From contig NC_045697.1 of NCBI RefSeq assembly GCF_009834535.1, positions 41,604,001 through 41,668,000 of the forward strand: 64,000 bases of DNA, given 5' to 3'. Positions 1-12,400 of the stretch are shown in pieces. The position numbers were made by a program, and so were the translations under genes. The stretch is from Camelus ferus (taxonomy: Eukaryota). The notes beneath the pieces were generated by a model. It did not search any database, was not told the DNA's origin, and worked only from the letters and a program-made list of their open reading frames with translations. The first letter of the stretch is position 1; each line of letters starts with the position of its first letter.

Positions 1-2389
1 TCAGATTTAAAATGGATTAACCACATGCCTTTCTGCCATAACAAACAGAATAGCAGGCATTGTTTCTGCCGACTTTATATCACAATCTTGGAGAGGCATC
101 ACGAGCAATTCAGTGTGCTGGTCATGACTGTAAGACTGAATAGCTCAATGTCTTTTGTGCCAAAAGCAGAATCACCACTGTTGGCGGATACGTTCCAGTA
201 TCTAAATGACAATACTAAAATAATATGCAACTGACCAGTTAATTTTCTGGAGGTGTGTTTTGTAGCGAATTCATCTTAGCTATCCTGTTAAGTAGATCAA
301 AGTTACACCTGTAGCATCTTTAATAGTGCCTGGCATTCAGTAGGTGCCCAGTAAACATTCACCAAATTTCTAGGCAGCTCTGAAGATCCAGCTGTCCATC
401 ACCAACACAAGGTAGTCTACTTCAACCCTGAATCGTTTAATGTTAAGCTCAGACTTCAGGCTCAGTTGATAAATGAAGGAGAAGGATGTGTTATTCATTC
501 ATTTCTCTTAAGCTGTAGTCCTATAGATCACCTCATCATAAGAAAACCACATCTAAATTACTTTAGCTGAACTAGTGAATAGTTTAATAAAAGAAGAGCA
601 TGCATTTTAGAGTTGGACAAACTTGAATTCATATTGTTACCACTAATTAATAGATCTAAGACTTAGAGACAATTAACAGCTCCATATGCCAGTTTCCTCA
701 CCTGCTGATAGTGTTAAATATAGTATTTAACAGAATGCAAAGTTCACCTTTACCAGGTAAGCAATTAATACTGGTTCACCTTTCTTTCTCCCCTTGTCTT
801 ATTGAAAGTTGATATCGCATAAGTCATATGAAACATATTTCTATATCTTTGATTTAAAATATTATATCTACTGCCTGTTGTTTGATTCAATGGTTATTAC
901 ATAAAAATCTATTGAATATTTTTTTCCTAAAGTTAAGTGCTAGAGTTACTTTACCTTTCCTGTGATCTATGGTATGATATATTTTAAGAGATTAATGAAT
1001 CAAAGCTTGCCACTCACTGTGGTTTTGTTGTTTTGTCACATTTTCTCTTTGGCTTGCTGGGAGCCTGACAACTGATGTTTTTGCTCAAGGCAGTAGATGT
1101 TCATAACTTAAGTCCTCTGGTAAAACTATCGCCTCCCAGCCTGCTTTATTTGACATTTGTTCTTAAAACTGGATTTAATGGTTTTATTGTTTCTATATCT
1201 TCTATGGTGAGCTGTACAAATCCTTTTTGAAATCACACAGCATATAAATAATATATGAATGAAAGAATAAAAGGGCTTGGTTTCCTAGGTATTAAGTGCA
1301 GAACTAATCCAGGCTTGGTGCTGTTTTCAGCTGTATCATTCAAGAGAAACTAAGAACACATAACATTTGAAAATTCTTGATGTTTCCAGCTCAGGGATTG
1401 ACTGACTAGCAGTAACATAGGCCAGTCATGCACAAATGAAAATGGGGAGGAGGGAGTGCTTCTGGCATACAGGTTATTAAATTTGAGAAAACTGCAATCA
1501 AAGTTTTAGATGCCTGCAGGATAAGATCAGTAATGTGGGATATTTTTCTTTGCAGAATTTCACAGCTCTGGGCAAGCAACTCAACTGATGATGGGGACTC
1601 ATTGCACAAAGTCCTTACTCACAGTTCTGCGTAAAATGCAGTCTTTTCACAGAATAGATTATGTTCAGATTTCCTCTCTGCCTACCAAACTGCTGGTGGC
1701 AATGAAGTCTTTTAATTTAGCTTAAAATATTTTTTTGGCAGATGGGGAGACAGGGAAGAAATGAGTTTGCTTTGAACTTTTGCAATGACAATTCTATTAT
1801 ATCCATATAAAAGTAAACTGTTGAGTCATTTAAATATAAGATTAAATATTCAGTGGAGGAATGAGTTTCTTTTTAAAAATAATTTGAAGCAACAATAGAA
1901 TAGACTATTCTAAACCTATAGTTATTTTGAGCCAGATTGGTCTCCAAAACTTAACACTGTGGTGATTTATAATTTTTTAATATAATCTTTCATATTTATA
2001 ATTAACTTAATTTCTTAATTTCTTCTCTGGAAAGAGACTTTCCATTTCAGTGAGCATTTATGAATACCTGAGAGTTTCATGCATTCCTCTCAAGTGTTTT
2101 AGTATACATTTAATACAAATAGATGATGGAATGTTTATTTTCATGAGCTAATTGAGATAAAATTGATAGGGCACAGTATTGTACCTGTGAGACAGGAAAA
2201 CGTGTCCCTGGGAATATGGCATCTGAGCCTGCTAAAGAGGTGCTGATACCAAGGAAAGCCATCATGGCATTATTTTTAACTTCCCCATCCTGTGTTTACT
2301 TGGCTTGACCTGCACGTCATCCAGTTTTTGCCTCTCTAGCTAGGTTTTTTGAATGGTGACATCTCTTAACATCTACTGTTCTCTAAAAT

Positions 2390-2580
2390 AGTGGTTCTTG
2401 AAGTGTGGAACTTGCTAGAAATACAAACTCTTGGCCTAATCTTAGTCCCACTGAATTAGAAACTTGTCAGTTGGTCTCAGCAATCTGTGTTTCCCTGTGA
2501 CTTGCTGGAAGCCTGACACTGACTTTTTTGCTCAAGGCGTAGCTCCTCAGGTAGTTCTGAACTGTATTAAAACCTCAGAA
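2390..2580 (+). mobile_element. MER5A-like hAT MITE carrying a foreign ~50-bp insert
   Basis: agtggttcttgaagtgtgg ... aacttgctagaaatacaaa ... cagcaatctgtgttt ... caggtagttctga. Confidence 0.7.
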
Positions 2581-2781
2581 TGTAGACCTTAAACTACTGG
2601 CCAGTCATGCCTTCCCAATATGGTGTGTGAATTCACAAACTTTGTAATGATGACTTGCAATCTTTTTATGAGAAATTATATGCTCTGAGATGGATAAAAA
2701 GATCACTGAGTAATTTTTATTTTAGAAAATGTGTCAGGGTATTAGGCATTTTATTTGAAGGGCTTTTATTTGTTTCTTTTT

Positions 2782-2900
2782 TTAAACATTTTTTTATTGA
2801 GTTATAGTCATTTTACAATGTTGTGTCAAATTCCAGTGTAGAGCACAATTTTTCTGTTATACGTGAACGTACATACTTTCATTGTCACATTCTCTTTCGC
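2782..2900 (-). mobile_element. Severely 5'-truncated young L1 3' end
   Basis: Closely matches the reverse complement of 46915-47025. Perfect 16-bp TSD TTATTTGTTTCTTTTT at 2766-2781 and 2901-2916. Confidence 0.9.
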
Positions 2901-3467
2901 TTATTTGTTTCTTTTTGACTGGGAGTATTATTGTGGCTGAAATTTCCCCCTCCTTCCCCCATGTAAGCCCTGTGATTGTATTAACCATTTTACCAAAACT
3001 ACCATTAAGTCCATAGATAGCTTTCCCGTTATATGAAAATTCCTGTTCCAGGTATGCGCTGGGAAAAATTACAGGGTGCTTCTCTAATTGTGTGTGAACA
3101 ATTGCTGGGATGAAATGATATACTCCACTTGTAACATTTGGCCAGCCGTCGGCCTGTCTAAATACCAAACTTTGCCTGTCCTTGAATCTGGGGACAGTGG
3201 ATCTCTTTCAAATGTTTGAATCTGAGGTGTAGGGTAATCCTTGTTCTAACTAGGACTCTGGTTCTCAGTTTATCTTTGCCATAAACAATGGAATTTGGCA
3301 ATGTGTAAGGACACAAAGTGTGTTCCCTGATGCAGTTGCAGAAATATTATTTCTGCTATATAATATAATACACATAAATACAATAAATAATATAATAATT
3401 TACTTTCCAAATACGTCAGGCAGAGCCGTATGATCTGTTTTACAGTCTTCAGGCAATTACTCCACTC

Positions 3468-3843
3468 CAGTGCGTGATTTTCAGTATGTATCAGAACACT
3501 TAGAGGGCTTATTAGAACAGGTTGTTGGGCCCCACCCTCCAGAGTTCCTGATTCAATGGGTGTGAGGTGGGAGTGAGCATCTGCATTTCTAGCAAGTCTC
3601 CAAGGGATGCTGATACTGATGCTCCAGGGAGCACACCGTGAGGATGATTGTTATAAGCTGTCTTTCTCAAAGTCAGAGCCTCAGATCCTCAAATCACAAC
3701 CACCTGAACTGCCTAGTAATCTGCAGATCCTCAGGACCCACCCTGACAGCTTGAATCCAGGTCTCCGGGGTGTTGTGTCAGTGATTTGTATTTTATCAAG
3801 CTCCCCAGGTGGTACAATTCATATTCACGTCTGAGAACCAGTA
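3468..3843. mobile_element. Two adjacent MER5-family hAT MITEs in opposite orientation (about 3468-3650 and 3660-3843)
   Basis: gggccccaccctccagagttcctgattca ... tgcatttctagcaagt, then tgtattttatcaagctccccaggtg ... tgagaaccag. Confidence 0.7.
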
Positions 3844-5257
3844 AGAGGGGAAGTCTGAGGTCACAGTTAGCCAGAGAAAACAAAAATCGAGTCTCCTTTC
3901 CAACATTGCCAGTTTTATAGCATGACTTGGCATCTATGGTTGTTTACACATAGTAGCTGAATGGATTAGTGTTAATGAATAGATACAGGCAATTAGTTAA
4001 TATTCTCTGTTTGCTCTCAGCACCTTTTCTTTATTCTGCTATAAGATATATCATCCATATTTAACCACTTGTTTACTTGGGTGCCTCCACCTAGACAGGG
4101 ACCTATCCCATCGTTGTATATCCAGTGTCAGAGATCTGGGACATAAGGGTCATTACAAGCGGTTAGTACATATACGCAATGCAGTTGGAATAAGCGACAT
4201 TTCAGAGGTGAGGAGAATACGTGGGGAAAAGGGAAATTGCTTACCTGGGTTTGATGAGACTAGTGTGTGCTAAGAATTATGTGGGTGGTCAGAAACCAGA
4301 ATATTAAAAGAGAGAAAGAAGGATCAGAACATGACGAATTGCAAATCAGGCACTTCTTCCCAGATTAACCTTGGAAGGTGAATTCTTTGTTAGTCTAGCT
4401 CCAGTTGCTTTTTAAAACAAAAAACAAAAACAAACAAACAAAAAAACCCTCCTTTCCTAGCCAAGGGGAAAAAACGACTTTAATAGGGTTAGTTTACTGA
4501 TACATCAAAAAAGTATGGAGTAGAAATGGACTACGGTGTGGAGAAAAGTTCCTGATACTGCAGTTGAAATAAAGGATTGTTTAAATAATAATGTTCTTGT
4601 TTCCGCTATCGTTCACAACCATCCTCTAAATTCTAAACCCTGTTTAGTCTCTGTTAATGGGCTTACAGTGCCCTGATTCTTAATAGTCTTGTTTAATTTC
4701 CTGTTCTGTGCTTCACAGATGGCCTCCTGGATTTCAGACTTCTCATTATTGTATTTGTAAACTACCTGAATTTTTGGTCTCTGCCCAAACAACCTGAATT
4801 CCTAATCTGTAGTCCACTCTGCTCTCTGAGGCTCTGAGTGTTTGTACTGGATCGTTGCCTTCATCTCTCTCCCAATCATAGGCTGGTGCCTGTCGCGTAT
4901 ATACTGCTCTCAAGCCTGTCTGGAGTCTTAAGGTTCTTGCAGTAGATGTGCAGGTTTTGCCACGCATGTTCACGCAGTCCACACCGCATTCTCCTCACTT
5001 ACATTGCTGATGCTGCCTGCCTCCCTGTCCAAGAACACAGGAGCAAATTAGTCTCTACTTCCATTTCAATTTTTTATTAGAAATGAAATGCCAAAAATGT
5101 CCAGGGAAATGGTTTTATGGCCAACTAGAGGTTCAGAACCTAAGGAAGTTTAAGTCTTTTTTCAAGTTATATGGGAATTAGCTATTCAGAGGTCAGTGTA
5201 TATTAAAACCATACAAAGTCCTTTGGTTTAAATTCTGGTCTCAGAATATTAAAGTCA

Positions 5258-5288
5258 GTTTTTGTTTTGTTTTGTTTTGTTTTGTTTA
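5258..5288. repeat. (GTTTT)n pentanucleotide repeat
   Basis: Read directly. Confidence 0.88.
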
Positions 5289-5319
5289 CTTTGTTTTTTT
5301 CTAATTAAAGTTTTGACAT

Positions 5320-5513
5320 ACTCAAAAGTTGTGAGGTAGGTAGGAAATTATTCATTGTGTGGGAATGCCGCACTCATTGCAGGACAACCAGCATTGTCTG
5401 CTAAGCCAACTAAATGCCAGCCACACCTCCTGTCCTTGTGGTACACCAAAACATGCCCACAGGGCTCCCAGATGCCTGCTAAGGGTTAGTGTCAACTCTA
5501 ATGAGAGCCACTG
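5320..5513. mobile_element. MER20-family hAT element remnant
   Basis: cattgcaggac ... actaaatgccag ... tgtggtacaccaaaacatg ... tgagagccactg terminus. Confidence 0.6.
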
Positions 5514-6452
5514 GTTTAGACCATTCAATTTTCAAGTGCTGGGACTGGAAAGGAGCCCATGGAACACGAGAGTGCTCAAAAGTTAAGCAAGATCAGCAAG
5601 AAGGAGAGGAATGACTATTGGGTAGACATCCACCAGTGTGCCACCAGGAAAAGGCTAGACTATATTCTGGAAGGTCCCTTCTCGCTATAGAATCCAAACT
5701 ATTTAATATCATAAAAAGTAATATAAGATCACTTGTGGGTAAACACAAATAATGAATAATGGACATTTACATTATATACATTCATAAATCATGATCCAAA
5801 ATAACAATTTTCTCAATTGCTAAATGTAATTAATAGATGAACTTCTCTTAATGATAAACAAAAGATACAGCAATTGAGATTTAAAATCTAAGCTTGCAAT
5901 GAATAAAAAAGCTGTCATGGGCATTTTAGAATAGTGTTAGTGACTTAAAATTTTTCAATGTTTAATGCAGGATGGTAGTATTTTTGGTATTAGTGAGGAC
6001 AAACAAAGTCAACACTATTTAACTCAAACTTGCCTAATTAAAAAATTAAAACTATGCATTATTTTGTATGTCAATTTTTTTTTTTCTGAGAAAGGAATGT
6101 AGATACTGCCTTTTATTCTTCCTCACATGACTGTTAAAGCAGATAATCAGGGATCTGAAGTGTCTAACCTAGTCTCTCGGGCTGGTGTATGTTCAGTTAG
6201 ACGTTTGCTGCATAAATATATGAGTTTAATGAAACACTTCAGAAAAGATGATTCAGATCTAACCTAAAAATATTTTATTGTAAATAGTTTTAATATTGAA
6301 AACAGAATTTTCTTTGCATATTTTCTAAGATCTTTTACTCCAGGTTATCTTACATGGACTAACAGATATTTTTTTTCTTGGTGAAGTGCAGGTTTATATA
6401 GTGATCACAGATGACAAGGATTAGTAATCATTAAAAGAACAGGCTTCTGTAG

Positions 6453-6686
<234 letters not shown>

Positions 6687-7744
6687 TAAGTGGGATGGAT
6701 TTAACTTGAATTTGTAAAGGGAACATGCCGTGTGTGCTGACCAGCCACAAACACACAAACACACACAAATAAATAGCATGACTTGAGAGGGGAAAAATCC
6801 ATTCTACCAAAGAAAAGTAAAATTATGATCATTATCAGTGATTTATTACCCACTGGCCTATAATATATACATGCTTGCTTGTGACTAGTTTTTCTAGTCA
6901 CAAAAAAATCCATTACAGAACAACCATGGAGAAACCAGGAGAAACAGAGGTTTTCTATCTGTTGCTAAAGTATTTAGAAAATTTTACTTGGATGTTTTCA
7001 CATCAAGATGTGAGGAAACATGTGTTCAGATAACCAGCAAATAAAATCTCCTACACTCTAAAGAAGTACAAATGAGATCTCAAATGTGCCAGTGACTTTT
7101 AAAGTTCAGTGTTTAAAATTCAGTTACCTATTCGAAAAAGTGGTATTTTGAAAATTTTTGTTGAATATTTCCAAAGTGGAAAGATTCTGGGCTCCTTAGC
7201 AACCATTCTTTTGTGAGATTTTGAGTGGCAAATTGAAACGATGACAAATCAAGATCTGACTTACCTGTTATAAAACTTTTGCAAAAATGATGATACCAGA
7301 TTGATAAGCATTTTGTTTAGGCAGTTTTAACTTATAATTTAGCAACCAAATATATTTAGTATAAACTTATTAGTATAATAATTTTCAACTTGGTGGCTTA
7401 CAACGATAAGTAAAAATTTAGGACATGCACTGTAAGTATATGTATATTTGTGTTTATTTATTTATGAAGAGTATTTACATATACCAATATATTTATGTTA
7501 TATAAATTACTGCTATATTAGTAGTGTCCATTTAAAAACACAAACATCCCTTTTAAAGGATGAGATGAAGACAAAATAAACATTTTAAATAGATTTTATT
7601 TTAAAACTCCTTTTTTCACTCATTTGATATGATGTTATTTTGGTGAAAGAAAGCTAGCAGTGTACAATTATTTTTCAAACTTTCATCTTATATTTCATAA
7701 AACAAGTAAAAATCTGGTTTTCTTTATTTCTTATTTTATTCTTT

Positions 7745-8405
7745 GCTTTTTTAAAGACTATTTTAAGAGCAGTTTTATGTTCATAGCAAAATTGAGAAGG
7801 TACAGAGACTTCCCATATGTCCCCTGCCCACACACATGCATAGTCTCCTCCAGTATCAACATGCCCCACCGGAGTGGTACACTTATCACAATTGACGAAC
7901 CTACACTCACACATCATCATCACCAAAATTCATAGTTTAGATTAAGGTTCACTCTTGGTGTTGTACATTCTTTGGGTTTGGAGAAATGTAAAATGACATG
8001 TATCCATTATTATGATATCATACGAAGTATTTCTGCTGCCCTAAAAATCCTATATAATCACCCATTCATCCCTTTCCCTATCCCTAACCCCTGGCAACCA
8101 TTGATCTTTTTACTGTTCCCATAGTTTGCCTTTTTCAGAATGTCGTATAGTTGGAATCAAACAGAATACAGCCTTTTCAGATTGGCTTTGAATCATTTAG
8201 TAATATGCATTTAAGTTTCTGCCATGTTTTTTCATGGATTGAAACCTCATTTCTTTTTAGCATTGAATAATATTCTTTTGTCTGTGTGCACCATAGTTTA
8301 TCCATTCACCTACTTTAGGACATCTTGGATGCTTCTAAGTTTTGACAATTAGAAGTAAAGCTGTTTTAAACACCTGTGTGCAGGTTTTGCATGGACATAA
8401 ATTTT
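7745..8405 (-). mobile_element. Old L1 3' end (L1MC-like)
   Basis: Motifs gagcagttttatgttcatagcaaaattgag, ccctggcaaccattgatc and caggttttgcatggacata are typical of L1M 3' ends. Confidence 0.8.
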
Positions 8406-8745
8406 AAAGTTTCACTTTGTGTTGACAGCTTGTCTTAAGTTCATTCTCAATGCTTAGTCAATGCAAAAAGCAGAAGTACATGGTTGGAACCCAACTAACT
8501 TTTTACTAGCACTTAAAATTCATTCATCAAATACACCAAGGCTTTTATTGAAGTTCATCTAGTAAATGTCAATGCCATTCAGTGGTTGTTTTGAAAGATG
8601 GGACATTTTAATATTTTCAAATAATAGGCCAAATCTTTCATTTAGTAGGTATTTAAACAGTTAAGAAAATTTTTATTTTCAATGTTTATTTATTATGGTA
8701 CAGGGATGCAAGTGAACCTCTTTGTGACACAAAACAATTTCATGG

Positions 8746-9446
8746 TGTGGGAGGCAGAATAATGGTCTCTCAAAGATACCTAGAGCATAATCCCCCAAAT
8801 CCTGTATTTAAAAAAATTGAAGTACAGTCAGCTTACAATGTTGTCAATTTCTGCTGTACAGGATAATGTTTCAGTCATACATATACATACATATACTCCT
8901 TTATAGAATCCTTGATATGTTATCTTTCATGACAAAAAGAGCTTTGCAGTTGTGATTAAGGTTAGGGACCTTTTCAAATGGGAGATTATCCTGGAATATC
9001 CAGGTGGGACCAGTCTAGGCACATGAGTTCTTAAAAGTGGAAAAGGAAGGAAGAAGAGTGGGTCAGAGAAATGCAATGAGAGAAAAGAGAGAAGAGATTC
9101 AAAGCATGAGATGGGTTTGCCTTATTGTTGCTGGGGTTTTGAAGATAAAGAATGTCAGGGTCCAAGGAGTGGGGCAGCTTCTGGAAGCTGGGAATGGCCC
9201 TCAGCTGACAGTTAGCAAGAAGATGGAGACCTCAGTCATACCACTGTGGGGAACTGAATTTGCCAACAAACCTGAATGAGAAAGGAAACAGATTGTCCTC
9301 CAGCACCTCCAGAAAGGAACTCGGTCTGCTGACAGCCCAGTGGGACTCATGTAGGGCCTCTGACCTAGAGAACTGTAAGATAATAAATTTATGTTGTTTG
9401 AGCAGCTAAGTTTGTTGTGGATTGTCATGGTAATAATACTAATACA
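8746..9446 (+). mobile_element. MaLR solo LTR (MLT1D/E-like), interrupted by an L1 fragment
   Basis: Starts TGTGGGAGGCAGAATAATGG, contains ggagattatcctgg and gaactgtaagataataaatt, and ends ctaatacA. Confidence 0.85.
8805..8905 (-). mobile_element. Short L1 3' end nested in the MLT1 LTR
   Basis: attgaagtacagtcagcttacaatgttgtcaatttctg; same family as the copies at 16600 and 23680. Confidence 0.75.
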
Positions 9447-12400
9447 TGTAGTGTAGTAAAGACTCTACCATTAAGATAATTGCTATAAATCTCCTAAAAG
9501 CAGGCACATTAAACTATAATGCTGTCAAAAGAAGGCATTCACGGTGCCTCTGTTAACCCTCTCCAAATTGTGAAATTCTCTTTTTCCTTTCAAGTTGCAT
9601 CTTTTACCCTAGGTAATATGTGACCAACACTGGGAGGATAAAGTGTGCTTGAGCAGGGCCAATATTAATTATTAGTAAGGTTTAATATATTTTTTAGATT
9701 ACAATATATGTTTATATTTTCTTCTGTATTCCACTGGATGGCTTGTATACCACTTGGAGAGTGGGAACTTTGTTTAGGAAATCACTGCTTTCATAAAAAC
9801 TTGCAAAGTGAAATAGGAAATAAACCAAGACAAAAAATTCTTATGAAGGAGGAGATGGAGAAAGCAGAGTGATTCCTGGTTACCTTTTTTAAATGGAAAA
9901 TTGTAGAACAGAGAAAGTTTTCCAAAGAGCCTCAGTTTGGATGCTCAAATATTCATTAGAATTATTTCATTGCCTTTCAAATAAAACTGCCACAAAAATG
10001 AGGAATACTGGTAAAAGGAAATTGATAGACTTCTAATGATTCAAAAATAGACCCAAAGCAGCATTTTGCTCAAGAAGTTAACAGATTGTCCCAGAAAGAT
10101 TTGAAAATCTACTAGTACTAAGAATTTTGTAGTATGTTTTATAGGGCATATTGGGCCTCTATTTCTCCTTGTACAGGATGGAAATCATCCAAGGTCTTAG
10201 GTATAGTAACTGAAATAAATTTCAGTAAATAATAAGTCCTTGAGTAAAATTTTTAAACCAGTTTTACAACAAATTAGTCAGCAAAAGGACACCTGAATTT
10301 CAAAATGTTAGCCTTGAAGTTGCCTGGGATTAATATTAGTCTTTTGGTCTGCAGCTGAGGAAAATAAAACTAGCAAAGAGCAAGATGAAGGGGCAGCAGT
10401 GAGCTGGCATATTTCTCTCCCTCATCTTCCAGTCTGCCACTCTACCATGTACATAGATGCCACAATTCCAGTACATTCTTTTTTGGCCATGAGTATGATG
10501 GTGTCTTCCTCGTCCCTCTTCCTCAACCTAGCTTGAGTTGTCTTTGTTTACTTTTCATAACTTGGGTTTTTAATGTACTGTTCTTCTTGAAGATCTATTT
10601 TTGTATTAATTTGTCCTCTCTATCCACCTGCCTTTAATTGAATTTCCTTTTATCAATGGTGAGTTCATCCACTTCTCTCACACCGAACACACATCTAATC
10701 CCTGACATGCTTCTAAAATCTGTCCTTTCCTCTGTTTATGAAAATTCAGATTTGCATATTTTGAATGTCCCACAGAATCCTGAGTATAGTAACTGGGAGA
10801 AATTGGAAACTGGGAGTACTTGGGGTCTCCAGGAGGAGGTGGAGGGCAGACAATCTGAAATAGATGACTTATTTATTCTACTTTATTTTCTTTAGAGCAG
10901 GAATAAAATGTGGAGGAACCAGTTCCAAAAGGGATTTTCATCATCATTTCTTTTATTTTGGCATATATCACTATAAAATTCTGTGTGTATGTGTAAAGGA
11001 TTTTGCTTTTCAAGTATAATTGTTGACATGTTGGTACTTATGCCGCAGAAGCTCCATCCTCCTAACTTGTTTGACATGAATTCTCATTTCTGCTGTTCCA
11101 GTTACCTTAAAACGGTTACTGGTTTCTTAGACTTTCTTTCCTCTCTTTGGATTGCTTCATTGCCTACTTACTACTGGGAAAACATATAGGCAATTCTAAA
11201 ATACCTTCAAAAGGAGCTAATCATTATCATGCTATTTTTTTCTTTCAGTATGGTTGGTAGACCAACAATGTTGTTATTGAGAATCATTAAATAAAATCTA
11301 ATGTGAAATCTTTTGGAATAAGTGAAAAAAATTCTAATTCTAAGGAAAAAAATTAAGATTATCCACTGAAACAATGATTATTCATTCTCCTTCTCCACGT
11401 GAGCTGAGACATCCTCGGTAGCTTCCTAGGTGGGGAACAGTAGAGCAGTCTGTAAAATTTGTTTTTAACAACAGTGGTCAGGAGCCAGATGAATAAATCA
11501 TTTCAGAGCCTTTTTCCAATCATCAGAAGAGGATCCTATTAGCATTGTTTCTACTACCAGCTCCAGAACAACAACAAAAAAGAAGGTAGGAAGAAATCAA
11601 CAGCAGGAAGCTCTTTGTCTTCTCTCACTTCTGTCCTGCTGTTGCTTGCCAAGCCAAGACACAGTTCTGTTTTCTCAGTTCTTTCTCCAAAGATGATTCA
11701 AACTGACAGTGAAAGTGGTGGCAAAATTCAGCAACCTAGTTTAGCAGAGAAGACTTGCCAACTTTGGTCTGCTCCTTAACTGAAAAGAGCTGATTGTACA
11801 GGTTACTTATTTGTTTATTTATTTGTTCCTTTATTTCATGGCTGTGATGCTTTTCATTTTTTTTATTTTAAAAATTTATTTATTATTGAAGCATAATTGA
11901 TGTACATAATTGTACAATTTTAAATGACAGAAAGTAAAACTGTATCTTTTCTTTCTTGGGCTTGTACTCTTTGTCATCTGCATGTGATCATCCAGCTTTG
12001 CAAGTTGATCTTACATAGGGTATTTATAGCAAAGATGTAAGCTTAATACTGAAAAAGCATAAACTAGCAGTGCCTCATTGTAAAAAATCTGTGCCTAGAA
12101 AATTAAATATTTAGAAATAAGATTATACACTTTATGTTAACTAAACTTTCCTAAAAATTCCAATTAGAGCTAGATGATAGAATTTAATCAAAGTAGAAAT
12201 AACTATAGTTATAAGATGCCCTGGAAATAATGCAGTGGATTAATCTATTTTAAGATTGGATGTATATCCATGTATACATATACATAAAGAATGTAAAACC
12301 AATATGTAATCTATAATATAATATCTATGTACATGTAATTTATATACATACTAGTCCAATGGATTAGTTTATCTTAACTGAATGTATATGCTGTATATTA

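Noticed and set aside
11396..11401. CACGTG E-box (others occur elsewhere)
   Set aside because: An isolated 6-mer with no supporting context.
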